A stretch of DNA of 64,000 bases from an uncultured Acidimicrobiia bacterium (GTDB lineage Bacteria; Actinomycetota; Acidimicrobiia; Spongiisociales; JAENVV01): NCBI GenBank assembly GCA_964600365.1, contig CAZRJG010000001.1, forward strand, positions 35,435 to 99,434, given 5' to 3'. Each line of letters starts with the position of its first letter. The stretch's first letter is position 1. Below, in pieces: positions 1 to 9,162 of this stretch. The notes below the pieces were generated by a model, which saw only the letters and a program-made list of their open reading frames with translations, had not been told where the DNA came from and searched no databases. The position numbers were made by a program, and so were the translations under genes.

Positions 1-712
1 GGTCCCGGTTGAGCGCCGAGGCGGCTGCCTCGAACGGGGAGACTGCCTCTTCGTCCTCGATGAAGTCGCCGAGCACGGCGTTGTCCTCACCGACCGGCTC
101 GAAGATGGAGACGGGATCCGGGGCCACGTCGAGGAGCTCCCTGACCTTGCGCTCCTCGACCCCCGAGTGGAGCGCAATCTCCTCGGCGGTCGGGTTCTTG
201 CCCATGCGCTTGAACAGCTCCGCCTCGGTACTGCGGACCTGGGCGATCATGTCCACGACGTGGATGGGGATGCGGATGGTGCGTCCCTTGTCGGCGATCG
301 ACCTGGTGATCGCCTGACGGATCCACCATGTGGCGTACGTTGAGAACTTGAAGCCCTTGCGCCAATCGAACTTCTCCACGGCACGGATGAGGCCCAGGTT
401 CCCCTCCTGGATGATGTCGAGGAGATTCATCCCCGAGTTCGTATACCGCTTGGCCACCGAGACGACGAGCCGGAGGTTGGCATTGATGAAGGCTTGTCGG
501 GCAGCATGGCCTGCCGCCACCTGTGCTTGCAGCTGCGCCTTGGTCGCTGCGTTGAGGCGCTTGGCCGACTCGAGACGTTCGGCGGCCATGAGCCCTTCGT
601 CCATGGTGCGGGCGAGGCGGATCTCATCTTCTGCCGTGAGGAGGTCGTACTCCCCGATCGCGTCGAGGTAGTCGTTCAATGCCTGCCGGCTGGAGAGGTC
701 GAAACGCGGCAC
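1..712 (-). CDS. RNA polymerase sigma-70 family factor (RpoD/SigA-like). N-terminus complete; C-terminus outside the window.
   Basis: Absent from the ORF track because it runs off the left edge. Minus-strand translation reads ...ANLRLVVSVAKRYTNSGMNLLDIIQEGNLGLIRAVEKFDWRKGFKFSTYATWWIRQAITRSIADKGRTIRIPIHVVDMIAQ... (sigma-70 regions 2.1-3). First possible start is GTG at 712, preceded by an AAGGAACAGG Shine-Dalgarno-like sequence. Confidence 0.85.
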   Translation of the reverse strand, partial: MPRFDLSSRQALNDYLDAIGEYDLLTAEDEIRLARTMDEGLMAAERLESAKRLNAATKAQLQAQVAAGHAARQAFINANLRLVVSVAKRYTNSGMNLLDIIQEGNLGLIRAVEKFDWRKGFKFSTYATWWIRQAITRSIADKGRTIRIPIHVVDMIAQVRSTEAELFKRMGKNPTAEEIALHSGVEERKVRELLDVAPDPVSIFEPVGEDNAVLGDFIEDEEAVSPFEAAASALNRD

Positions 713-908
713 TTGGGGGACCTGTTCCTTGGTATCGGGGAAGTGCTCCCGATGGTAGAACTACACACCTGTGATTCCACGGCAATCGACCTCAGGGGGT
801 CGATGCGCCCGCCCAACTCCCCAATCCGGGTAGCGTCTTGTCCGGCACACAAGGTGCCACCGGGCTGACACCCGTCAGTTCGGCACGCGATATTGATCGG
901 ATCCACCC

Positions 909-1160
909 GTGAGCACCAACCTCTTCGTAGGAAACCTCTCCTTCCAGACCACCAATGAAAGCCTTCGAGCTGCCTTCGAGCCGTTCGGGGAGGTCACCTC
1001 GGCGAATGTCATCACCGACCGTGACACCGGCCGCTCCCGTGGTTTCGGGTTCGTGGAGATGTCCTCTTCCGATGCAGCCTCCAACGCCATCGAGGAGCTC
1101 GACGGCTCCGAGATCGACGGTCGTCGCATCAATGTGAACGTCGCCCGTCCGCGTCGCTGA
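909..1160 (+). CDS. RRM-domain RNA-binding protein
   Basis: LFVGNLSF (RNP2) and RGFGFVEM (RNP1) motifs. GTG start. Confidence 0.85.
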   Translation: MSTNLFVGNLSFQTTNESLRAAFEPFGEVTSANVITDRDTGRSRGFGFVEMSSSDAASNAIEELDGSEIDGRRINVNVARPRR

Positions 1161-1163
1161 GGC

Positions 1164-2036
1164 TCAGCCCAGCAGTATCACCAGAATCGAACCGGCCATC
1201 ACCAGGCCGGTTCCGAGTACGAGTGGCAACGTGATGCGCTCGTGCTCGAACCCCACGATGAATGGCGCGGTGAGGATCACCGTGGGCGTCGACAACTGCA
1301 TGAGCGTCACTGCGGTGGCGATCTCGATGAAGGTGTAGGACGTCCACTGGGCCGAGATGGCGACGGCAACGAGCACGCCCGCCAACCCGAGCCACATGGC
1401 CTTGCCTCTGGGTATGGGGTCGCCCTTCCACCGTCCCGTGACGGTGAGGGCGACCGCATACGCGGCGGTCGCCGCGGCGAGCCCGATCGTCACGCCGAGC
1501 AACGGGGCATCGAGGCCTTCGAGGCCCCATCGGATGAACACCGGACTGGTGCCCCACGTGGTCGCTGACGCGATCCCGAACCATGGCACCGAGAACCGGT
1601 CCCCGCCCGTCCCCCCTCGCAGCGAGAGCACCACCATCCCGGCGACCACGAGGATCACCGCGCCTGCGATGGCCAACGTGAGCGGCTCATCGAGGAGCAG
1701 CGCCGCGAGCAACGTCGCAACCAGCGGAACGGCCGCCACGGTCGCCCCGGTGCGGTTCGCGCCGTCCTTCTGCTGGCCGAGGACGAGCAGCGTCCATCCC
1801 AGGAAGAAGTGGATGAAGCCCGCCGCCGTGAGGTACAGGTACGAGGAGACCGGCGCTTCGCCGAGGAGGTCGAGGTCCTGGGTGAGCACCGAGACGACCG
1901 CCAGTCCCACCGTGCCGACCAGCAAGAGCCCGAACGTCGCCCGATAGGCGTCGATACCCTGGTTGGCCCTTCGGTTCACGGCCTGGAACAGGCCGAACCC
2001 GACGCCGGCCGCGATCGCCCATGCGATACCGCTCAC
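1164..2036 (-). CDS. EamA/DMT family transporter
   Basis: 290 aa, about 10 hydrophobic helices, duplicated EamA-like halves. Convergent with the RRM gene. Confidence 0.75.
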   Translation of the reverse strand: MSGIAWAIAAGVGFGLFQAVNRRANQGIDAYRATFGLLLVGTVGLAVVSVLTQDLDLLGEAPVSSYLYLTAAGFIHFFLGWTLLVLGQQKDGANRTGATVAAVPLVATLLAALLLDEPLTLAIAGAVILVVAGMVVLSLRGGTGGDRFSVPWFGIASATTWGTSPVFIRWGLEGLDAPLLGVTIGLAAATAAYAVALTVTGRWKGDPIPRGKAMWLGLAGVLVAVAISAQWTSYTFIEIATAVTLMQLSTPTVILTAPFIVGFEHERITLPLVLGTGLVMAGSILVILLG

Positions 2037-2100
2037 TCCAACTCCCTCTCGTGGATCCGGTCACGGTAGCCTGTGTCACAAACGTTTGCAGGATGGAACC

Positions 2101-3234
2101 ATGAGCAATTGGCCGCACTTCAGCACGACCGAGATGGGGCGGAGGAGGACCGCCCTCGAAGGCCTCTGCGCCGAACACGACCTCGACGGGATCGTCCTCT
2201 ACGGCGCCAACCGCGCTGGGAACGCGGTGCCCTGGCTCACCGGGTGGCAGACGACCCGCGAGGCCGTCGTACTCATGCGCCCGGCCGAGCAGGACGTGCT
2301 CTGGGTCCAGTTCTACAACCACGTCCCCACCGCCACGGCCATCGCCGCCAACGCGCAGGTCCACTGGGGTGGCCACCGCACCGCGGACACCGTCGTAGAG
2401 GCGCTCGAAAGCGCCGGGATCGGGCGCCTGGGACTCGTCGGCCCGATCGGATGGAAGCTCCATGCGCGGCTCGCCGCTGCCGCTGACCTCGTGGACCTGG
2501 GCAGTGCCTACACCCGGCTGCGGATGATCAAGTCCGCCGAGGAGATGGCGTGGATGCGCACCGGCGCAGAACTCTCCGATGCTGCGATCCTCGCTCTCAA
2601 GGACGCGGCGGTGCCGGGAGCAGACGAGCGTGAACTCGGGGCTGCCGTCGAAGCGGCCTACCTGCCGCTCGGTGGGACGAACCACATCCATTACTTCGGC
2701 GTGACATCGATGGCCAACCCCGCTCGGTGTGTGCCGTCGCAGTGGCCGTCGGCCCGGAGACTCGAAGCCGGAGACGTGCTCACCACCGAGATCAGTGCCG
2801 CGTGGTGGGGCTACGCCGGCCAGGTCCTCCGGTCCATGACGATCGCCGCAGAGCCGACCGACCACTACGTGGAACTCCAACGAGTCGCCGACGCCGCCTA
2901 CGACGCCATCGTCGGGGTGCTCCGGCACGGGGCCACTCCCGCTGAGGTCGTGGAGGCGTCCGGCGTCATCGAGGACGCCGGCTTCACGATCTACGACGAC
3001 CTCGTCCACGGCTTCGGCGGCGGCTACTTCGAGCCGATCCTCGGCAGTCGCTCTCGCCCCAACGGCCCCCTCACGGAGACCATCTTCGAGGCAGGGATGA
3101 CGGTCGTGGTGCAGCCCAACGTCATCACCCCCGACGAGCGCACGGGAGTGCAGACGGGGGCGCTCGTGGCCATCACCGAGGACGGCGTGGAGCAGCTCCA
3201 TCACGTGCCGAGGGGCCTCTGGCGCGCCGGCTGA
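2101..3234 (+). CDS. M24 family metallopeptidase (Xaa-Pro aminopeptidase/creatinase fold)
   Basis: ATG at 2101 (MSNWPHF...) within the longer ORF 1963-3234. Pita-bread fold motifs include HGFGGGYFEP. Confidence 0.8.
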   Translation: MSNWPHFSTTEMGRRRTALEGLCAEHDLDGIVLYGANRAGNAVPWLTGWQTTREAVVLMRPAEQDVLWVQFYNHVPTATAIAANAQVHWGGHRTADTVVEALESAGIGRLGLVGPIGWKLHARLAAAADLVDLGSAYTRLRMIKSAEEMAWMRTGAELSDAAILALKDAAVPGADERELGAAVEAAYLPLGGTNHIHYFGVTSMANPARCVPSQWPSARRLEAGDVLTTEISAAWWGYAGQVLRSMTIAAEPTDHYVELQRVADAAYDAIVGVLRHGATPAEVVEASGVIEDAGFTIYDDLVHGFGGGYFEPILGSRSRPNGPLTETIFEAGMTVVVQPNVITPDERTGVQTGALVAITEDGVEQLHHVPRGLWRAG

Positions 3235-3301
3235 GCAACGTTCGTACCTATCCGACGTTCAGTTGACAGGGGCCCTTCGTGCGGCTCTCATCAAGAACGA
3301 G

Positions 3302-3568
3302 ATGAGTCTCGCAGCAGTCCCCGACGGCATTCCGCCCGCACTCGATCAGGCCGAGTTCACCTGTCCCCACTGCGGTGATGTGGCGGCCATGACGCGCACC
3401 GCCGCTCCCCCGCTCCCGAAGCCGACCTCCGGGGAGTGGATGGGGTTCGGCTTCACGACCTGCGCTGCGTGCGGCGCAACCGCTGCATGGGCGACCCAAC
3501 TCGGCTACACCGACGAAGGGGTGGGCATCATCGACCCCTCCTCGGCAGTCCTCGTCTACCCCCGCTGA
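3302..3568 (+). CDS. small hypothetical protein with CPHCG...CAACG zinc-ribbon-like motifs
   Basis: ORF 3263-3568. Internal ATG at 3302. Two CxxC pairs. No recognisable family. Confidence 0.4.
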   Translation: MSLAAVPDGIPPALDQAEFTCPHCGDVAAMTRTAAPPLPKPTSGEWMGFGFTTCAACGATAAWATQLGYTDEGVGIIDPSSAVLVYPR

Positions 3569-3682
3569 GACCCGGTCCCCGCGGGGTCGTGGGCAGTCCT
3601 GAGCGGATTCTCAGGCGACACTCATGCGACGTTCATGAACGCGGCGCACGCTGGTTCCAGCAACGAACCACTGGAGGAGCGC

Positions 3683-5035
3683 ATGCGACTTCGAGCCACC
3701 AGCATCCTCGCCGCACTCATGCTGATCGCGACCGCCTGCGGGACGTCGGACGCCGGCTCCACCGAGGCGAGCCCGGGCACCACGACCGGAACCACCTCGC
3801 CGATCGCGACCCCTGCGACCTCTTCGGAGGACGCGACACCGGGCACCACCGTGCCTTCGCCCGGTGCGGATCTCACGTATGCCATCGTCGACACCGCCCA
3901 GACATCCTTCTTCAACGCCACCACCAAGATTGCTGAACCCGCCACCGGTGGTGCCTTCTACGGCCAGGACGCCGGACACACCGGCAACCAACCCGCGTAC
4001 ACCGGCAATGGCGACGGCACCGTGACCGACGAGGTCACCGGTCTCGTGTGGCAGCAGACCGCCGACACCGGGGGCGACGGTGAGATCGGCGCCGGCGACA
4101 AACTCACCTTCGAGCAGGCCAATGCGTACTGCGAGGACCTCTCGCTCGCCGGAAGCGACGAGTGGGACCTCCCCACGATCAAGCAGCTCTACTCCCTCAT
4201 CCTCTTCACCGGCATCGACCCCAGCGGGTACGAGGGAGGCGACACCTCCGGGCTCGTCGCGTTCATCGACACGAGCGTCTTCGACTTCGCCTACGGCGAC
4301 ACGAGTGCGAACGAGCGGATCATCGACGCCCAGTACGCCTCGAGCACGCGCTACGTGAGCACCGAGGACGAGGAACTGCTGTTCGGGGTCAACTTCGCCG
4401 ACGGCCGCATCAAGGGGTACGGAATGCAACTCCTCGGTCGCGACAAGACCTTCTACGTCATGTGCGTGCAGCCGAACGACGCCTACGGCGTGAACGCCTT
4501 CGTCGACAACGGAGACGGCACCGTCACCGACGCCGCCTCGGGGCTCATGTGGTCACAGGGCGACAGCGGTGTCGACCAACCCGAGGGGCTCGACTGGGAG
4601 GACGCACTCGCCTACGTCCAAGCCCTCAACGAGGCGAACCACCTTGGCTACGACGACTGGCGACTCCCCAACGTCAAGGAACTGCAGAGCATCGTGGACT
4701 ACACGCGGTCACCCCACACGACGGGTTCGGCAGCCATCGATGAGGTGTTCGACGCCACGCCGATCACGAGTGAGCAAGGCGAGACGGACTACGCCTACTA
4801 CTGGAGCAGCACCACCCACGAGAACTGGTCGAACCGCGATGGAGCGGCAGCCGCCTATGTGAGCTTCGGCTCGGGCCTCGGCTTCATGAACGGCGACTGG
4901 AGGGACGTGCACGGGGCCGGCTCCCAGCGCAGCGACCCGAAGACCGGCGACCCGACCGACTACCCCGAGGGACACGGGCCCCAGGGTGACGCCATCCGGA
5001 TCCTCAACTTCGTCAGAGTGGTGCGGGACGCATAG
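3683..5035 (+). CDS. secreted lipoprotein with two DUF1566 (Lcl C-terminal) repeats
   Basis: ATG at 3683 after a GGAGGAG Shine-Dalgarno sequence. Signal peptide with lipobox LIATAC. Thr/Pro-rich linker. Two EWDLPTIKQL / DWRLPNVKELQSI DUF1566 signatures. Confidence 0.8.
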   Translation: MRLRATSILAALMLIATACGTSDAGSTEASPGTTTGTTSPIATPATSSEDATPGTTVPSPGADLTYAIVDTAQTSFFNATTKIAEPATGGAFYGQDAGHTGNQPAYTGNGDGTVTDEVTGLVWQQTADTGGDGEIGAGDKLTFEQANAYCEDLSLAGSDEWDLPTIKQLYSLILFTGIDPSGYEGGDTSGLVAFIDTSVFDFAYGDTSANERIIDAQYASSTRYVSTEDEELLFGVNFADGRIKGYGMQLLGRDKTFYVMCVQPNDAYGVNAFVDNGDGTVTDAASGLMWSQGDSGVDQPEGLDWEDALAYVQALNEANHLGYDDWRLPNVKELQSIVDYTRSPHTTGSAAIDEVFDATPITSEQGETDYAYYWSSTTHENWSNRDGAAAAYVSFGSGLGFMNGDWRDVHGAGSQRSDPKTGDPTDYPEGHGPQGDAIRILNFVRVVRDA

Positions 5036-5061
5036 GGCCACTCCTGTGGGCGTTGACGGGC
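5035..5061. repeat. 27-bp direct repeat copy 1 (duplicate of tRNA-Val 3' end plus 3' flank)
   Basis: gggccactcctgtgggcgttgacgggc at 5035-5061 versus gggccattcctgtgggcgttgacgggc at 5189-5215. One mismatch in 27. Confidence 0.8.
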
Positions 5062-5164
5062 AAGCGTGCGCTCCTCGCTCCGCTGCGGTGCCCGCAACTC
5101 CGGCCACTCCGTGGCCTCCGTATCGGACCGCTGGCTGCGCCACCCGATCGGTCACCCCTCAGTA

Positions 5165-5204
5165 CCCACAGGAATGGCCCCCAATTGGGGGCCATTCCTG
5201 TGGG
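5165..5204. repeat. 40-bp perfect palindrome immediately 3' of tRNA-Val (terminator-like hairpin)
   Basis: cccacaggaatggccccc AATT gggggccattcctgtggg. 18-bp stem. Overlaps the tRNA 3' end by 4 nt. Confidence 0.8.
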
Positions 5205-5215
5205 CGTTGACGGGC
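5189..5215. repeat. 27-bp direct repeat copy 2, overlapping the 3' end of tRNA-Val
   Basis: See copy 1. This copy includes the last 15 nt of the tRNA and 12 nt of trailer. Confidence 0.8.
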
Positions 5216-5273
5216 TCGAACCGCCGACCTCTTCCTTGTAAGGGAAGCGCTCTCCCAGCTGAGCTAAACGCCC
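5201..5273 (-). tRNA. tRNA-Val (anticodon TAC)
   Basis: Reverse complement GGGCGTTTAGCTCAGCTGGGAGAGCGCTTCCCTTACAAGGAAGAGGTCGGCGGTTCGAGCCCGTCAACGCCCA folds as a cloverleaf: 7-bp acceptor stem, anticodon loop CTTACAA, T-loop GGTTCGAGCC. CCA is not encoded. Confidence 0.9.
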
Positions 5274-5351
5274 TGGGAGCGTGCAGTGTACGGGTCTCGA
5301 CCGGATGGGCAGTGCGTAGCCTTGATGCATACACGCATGAAGGGGTGTTCC

Positions 5352-6980
5352 ATGGCCAGGTCCCACGCCCTCGGATCCACGGAGGTCCCGCTCCTCGACG
5401 AGACCATCGGCGCCAACCTCGAACGAGCCGCAGCGCGCTGGCCCGATCGGGACGCTCTCATCGTCCCCCATCAGGGTGTGCGGATGACCTATCAGGAGTT
5501 GAACGAGGCAGTCGACCGCCTCGCGAAGGGACTCCTCGACGAGGGGCTCAACACGGGCGATCGACTCGGGATCTGGAGCCCGAATCGGTACGAGTGGGTG
5601 CTCATCCAGTACGCAACCGCCAAGGTCGGCGTCATCCTCGTGAACATCAACCCGGCCTACCGGACGAGCGAGCTCTCGTACGCGCTCACCCAGTCGGGGT
5701 GCCGGATGCTCGTGAGCGCCCCCACCTTCAAGACGAGCGACTACCGGGAAATGGTGACGGAAGTCCGTCCCGAGATCCCGACGCTCGAACGAGTGGTGTT
5801 CCTCGACTCGCCGGAGTGGGGATTCCTCGCCGACTGCCCGGAGTCCACCGACGACGAGTTGGGACGTCGGAGCACCGGGCTCTCAGCGACCGACCCGATC
5901 AACATCCAGTACACGAGCGGCACGACCGGGTTCCCCAAGGGAGCGACCCTCACCCACCGGAACATCCTCAACAACGGGTTCTTCACCGGCGAGCGGTGTT
6001 CGTACACCGAGGAGGATCGCATCTGCATCCCCGTGCCGTTCTATCACTGCTTCGGCATGGTCCTCGGCAACCTCGCCGCCACCAGCCACGGCGCCGCGAT
6101 CGTCGTCCCCGGCGAGGCATTCGAAGCAGACACGGTCCTGCGCACCGTGCAAGACGAACGCTGCACCAGCCTGTACGGGGTGCCAACGATGTTCATCGCC
6201 GAACTCGAACACCCCGACTTCGACACCTACGACATCTCTTCGCTGCGCACCGGCATCATAGCTGGGTCGCCCTGCCCCATCGAGGTGATGCGCCAAGTCA
6301 TCGAACGGATGGGCGCAACGGAGATGACCATTGCCTACGGCATGACCGAGACATCTCCGGTGAGCACACAGACGCTCCCCGACGACAGCGTCGAACGACG
6401 CACCTCGACGGTCGGCACGGTCCACCCCCACGTGGAGATCGCCATCGTCGACCCCGAGACGAACGAAGCCGTCGAACGCGGGGAGACCGGGGAGTTCCGC
6501 ACCCGCGGGTACTCCGTGATGCGGGGTTATTGGAACGACCCGGGGCGGTCCGCCGAGGCGATCGGCGCGGACGGATTCCTGCGGACCGGCGACCTCGCCA
6601 TCATGGACGGCGACGGGTACGTCAACATCGTCGGGCGAATCAAGGACATGATCATCCGCGGCGGGGAGAACATCTACCCACGGGAGATCGAGGAGTTTCT
6701 CTACACCCACCCGGACATCGCCGACGTGCAGGTGATCGGGGTGCCGAGCGAGCGATTCGGCGAGGAAGTGATGGCCTGGGTGATCGCCCGGGACGGCAGC
6801 GACCTCGATGCCGAGGCGGTGCGGGAGTACTGCAGGGGTCGGATCGCCCATTTCAAGGTCCCCTCCCATGTCAAGGTCGTCGAGGCCTTTCCAATGACGG
6901 TGACCGGCAAGGTGCAGAAGTTCAAGATGCGTGCGATGGCCGCCGAGGAACTCGACCTCCACGACCCTGCAACCGCCTGA
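5352..6980 (+). CDS. AMP-dependent synthetase/ligase (long-chain fatty-acyl-CoA synthetase-like)
   Basis: ATG at 5352 (MARSHALGSTEVPLLDETIGANLERAAARWPDRDAL). AMP-binding motif YTSGTTGFPKGA. C-terminal GRIKDMIIRGGENIYPREIE motif. Confidence 0.85.
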   Translation: MARSHALGSTEVPLLDETIGANLERAAARWPDRDALIVPHQGVRMTYQELNEAVDRLAKGLLDEGLNTGDRLGIWSPNRYEWVLIQYATAKVGVILVNINPAYRTSELSYALTQSGCRMLVSAPTFKTSDYREMVTEVRPEIPTLERVVFLDSPEWGFLADCPESTDDELGRRSTGLSATDPINIQYTSGTTGFPKGATLTHRNILNNGFFTGERCSYTEEDRICIPVPFYHCFGMVLGNLAATSHGAAIVVPGEAFEADTVLRTVQDERCTSLYGVPTMFIAELEHPDFDTYDISSLRTGIIAGSPCPIEVMRQVIERMGATEMTIAYGMTETSPVSTQTLPDDSVERRTSTVGTVHPHVEIAIVDPETNEAVERGETGEFRTRGYSVMRGYWNDPGRSAEAIGADGFLRTGDLAIMDGDGYVNIVGRIKDMIIRGGENIYPREIEEFLYTHPDIADVQVIGVPSERFGEEVMAWVIARDGSDLDAEAVREYCRGRIAHFKVPSHVKVVEAFPMTVTGKVQKFKMRAMAAEELDLHDPATA

Positions 6981-6988
6981 GACGCGAC

Positions 6989-7019
6989 GAAGGGGGGCGG
7001 GCTCAGCCCGCCCCCCTTC
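6989..7019. terminator. bidirectional intrinsic terminator between convergent genes
   Basis: gaaggggggcggg-ctcag-cccgccccccttc. 13-14 bp GC stem followed by ttcgattcgg. Confidence 0.7.
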
Positions 7020-7026
7020 GATTCGG

Positions 7027-7338
7027 TCATGCCGACCGCACCAACTCCCGGAGTTCCCGCTGCTCGAGCCGAACGGGCTCGGCGGGGTCGTCCTTGCGGG
7101 GTCGCCCCCGTCCCCGTCGTTTCAGGTAGGCAACGCCATCCCAGAAGATGACGCCACCCCACACGCCAAACTCGACGCCAATGCAGACCGCGTCCCGTAG
7201 GCACGCCATCCGCACGGGGCAGTCGGCGCAGATCTGTTGGGCACGTTGCTGGTCGGGTATGGATTCGGAGAAGAAGCGCCACGCCTCATGCGAGCCGACG
7301 CACTTCCCTGCTTCGATGATCTGTTGGTTGTGACTCAC
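7027..7338 (-). CDS. WhiB-family transcriptional regulator
   Basis: Four Cys in a WhiB pattern (CVGSHEAW...ICADCPVRMACLRDA), GVWGG turn, Arg/Lys-rich C-terminal tail. Confidence 0.85.
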   Translation of the reverse strand: MSHNQQIIEAGKCVGSHEAWRFFSESIPDQQRAQQICADCPVRMACLRDAVCIGVEFGVWGGVIFWDGVAYLKRRGRGRPRKDDPAEPVRLEQRELRELVRSA

Positions 7339-7623
7339 GAGAGATTCCTTCGGGATGCATGGCGGCCCGGAATGAGAAGAGCCGCCGGGGTTGGTGCGGC
7401 GGCTCTGCGAGATCGGAGTCGGGTCAGATCACGTGGTGAGAAGCCGCCGGGACGGGCCAAACGTCGGCGTTCCGCCGAGACCCGTGAGACGTCGGGTGCG
7501 CGCGACAACACCCGAGTCCATGACGATCGTGGTGATGATGTTGCTCACGTTCCTCGCACCTCCTGTGCGGCTTCGAGGAAGCACCGTAGCAGGGATCTAT
7601 GCATCCCGCAGTGAATACACCGA

Positions 7624-9162
7624 CTACTCCCCGGGGAGGTCGTCGAGGGCGACACGCGCCAACCGACGTCCTCGTTCGATGAGCACCGCCGCGTCGCCAT
7701 CTGCCTGGGCACGGATCACCGTGCCGAAGTCGAGGTCGGTCTCGGGGATCGGGAGATGGACGTCGGGGGTGTCCATCACCTGGATGCCGACGCAGGACGC
7801 CGGCCCTCCCTTGTGGAGTTGGCCCGTCGAGTGGAGGAATCGGGGGCCGAAGCCGATCGTGACCGGAACGCCATGCGCCTCCCCAAGGGCCTCGGCCGCG
7901 CGCTCCAACCTCGCGACGGCGTGCTCATCCATGGGGAGGTACGCCATGAGGGCGAGGTAGTCGCCGGGCCTGGCGCGGAGGTCGGCGACGTCGGTGAACT
8001 GCAGCGAAGCCTGCTCAGCATCACCCTCCATGAGCTCGCGCGCCGACGCCTTCGCAGACTCCACGTCGGGTTGGTCGAACGGATTGATGCCCAGGACGGC
8101 ACCGACTGCGGCGACGGCGAACTCCGCCCGGTACATCTCCGAGGCGATCTCCTCACGCTGGAGCAGGTGGATCACTCGGATCGGGAACCCGGCCTCCTCG
8201 AGGGCCTCCACCCCCGCCACCGCGGGGTCTTCCTCGAGTTGGTACACGAGGAACAGTCGATCATCGCCGTAGGAGTCCGGGTCCCCGAGCGATGCCTCGG
8301 GAACGGGGACCGTGCCCGTGTCCTGCTTGCCCGTCGACTCTGCGAGCAGTTGCTCCCACCAGGCCGGAAAGGCCCTCAACGAGTCGGAGGTCACGATCGT
8401 GAGCTTGTCGCGACCGGCGAGCGTCGCCTCGCCGATCCATGCGCCGAGGTCGAGGCCGACGTGGGCGGTGGCGGCCACGTCGGGGCCACATGCAGCCTCC
8501 ATCCGCGCTGCCATGGCAAGGAGCGCCGCCGGATCGCCGCCCGTGAGCGCGCACGGCACCATCCCGAAGTCGGTGAGCGCCGAGAATCGTCCGCCCACGT
8601 CGGGATCTGCGAAGCAGGTTGCGAGGAAGCCCCGCTCCTCGGCCATCGCAGCCAGGCCCGAACCCGGGTCGGTCACGGCGATGAACGACTCCCCCGGAGG
8701 GCCTTCGGCTTCCGAACGCCACTGCCAGAAGAAGCGGAAGAGGCTGAGTGTCTCCAGCGTGCCTCCCGACTTCGAGCTCACGACGAACACCGTGGTCGCC
8801 GGATCGAGCCGCTCGGACACCGCGACAATGGCATCGGGATGCGTCGTGTCGAGAACCGTCAGGCGCGGGCCGTCTCCGGGGACGATGCTGCTGAACACCT
8901 CGGGGGCAAGGCTCGAACCCCCCATTCCGAGCAGGACGACGTCGGTCGTTCCCCGGTCCGCAACCTCGGAGGCGAGTGACCCCCACTCCCCCACCTTCGC
9001 TGCCATCCGAGAGGGGAGGTCGAGCCAGCCCAGGCGGTTCGTGATCTCGGGCGTGTCCGGTGTGGCCCAGATGGTCGGGTCATGGTCCCAGATGCGCCGG
9101 GGGGCCCCATCGGACTCCCACGCCTCGAGCCGCGCCCACATGCGCTCGCTGAGGTCGCTCAT
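7624..9162 (-). CDS. pgi: glucose-6-phosphate isomerase (actinobacterial type)
   Basis: ATG at 9162 (MSDLSERMWARLEAWE...) within ORF 7624-9510. SIS domain. ATGA overlap with the upstream transaldolase stop. Confidence 0.85.
   Translation of the reverse strand: MSDLSERMWARLEAWESDGAPRRIWDHDPTIWATPDTPEITNRLGWLDLPSRMAAKVGEWGSLASEVADRGTTDVVLLGMGGSSLAPEVFSSIVPGDGPRLTVLDTTHPDAIVAVSERLDPATTVFVVSSKSGGTLETLSLFRFFWQWRSEAEGPPGESFIAVTDPGSGLAAMAEERGFLATCFADPDVGGRFSALTDFGMVPCALTGGDPAALLAMAARMEAACGPDVAATAHVGLDLGAWIGEATLAGRDKLTIVTSDSLRAFPAWWEQLLAESTGKQDTGTVPVPEASLGDPDSYGDDRLFLVYQLEEDPAVAGVEALEEAGFPIRVIHLLQREEIASEMYRAEFAVAAVGAVLGINPFDQPDVESAKASARELMEGDAEQASLQFTDVADLRARPGDYLALMAYLPMDEHAVARLERAAEALGEAHGVPVTIGFGPRFLHSTGQLHKGGPASCVGIQVMDTPDVHLPIPETDLDFGTVIRAQADGDAAVLIERGRRLARVALDDLPGE

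Noticed and set aside
3260-3290. TTGACA hexamer as a candidate -35 promoter box
   Set aside because: No convincing -10 element at 16-18 bp spacing. Likely fortuitous.
5036-5130. Possible second, degenerate tRNA downstream of tRNA-Val
   Set aside because: Only the last 15 nt of a tRNA acceptor/T-arm are present. No D-arm or anticodon arm can be folded. Interpreted as a direct-repeat copy instead.
5066-7129. 687-aa Arg/Pro/Gly-rich ORF on plus strand
   Set aside because: Overlaps the well-supported acyl-CoA synthetase frame and the tRNA. Low-complexity composition typical of wrong-frame ORFs in 70% GC DNA.
7756-8979. 407-aa ORF antisense to pgi (also 8312-9349)
   Set aside because: Antisense to a clearly conserved glycolytic gene. 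Arg-rich junk translation.
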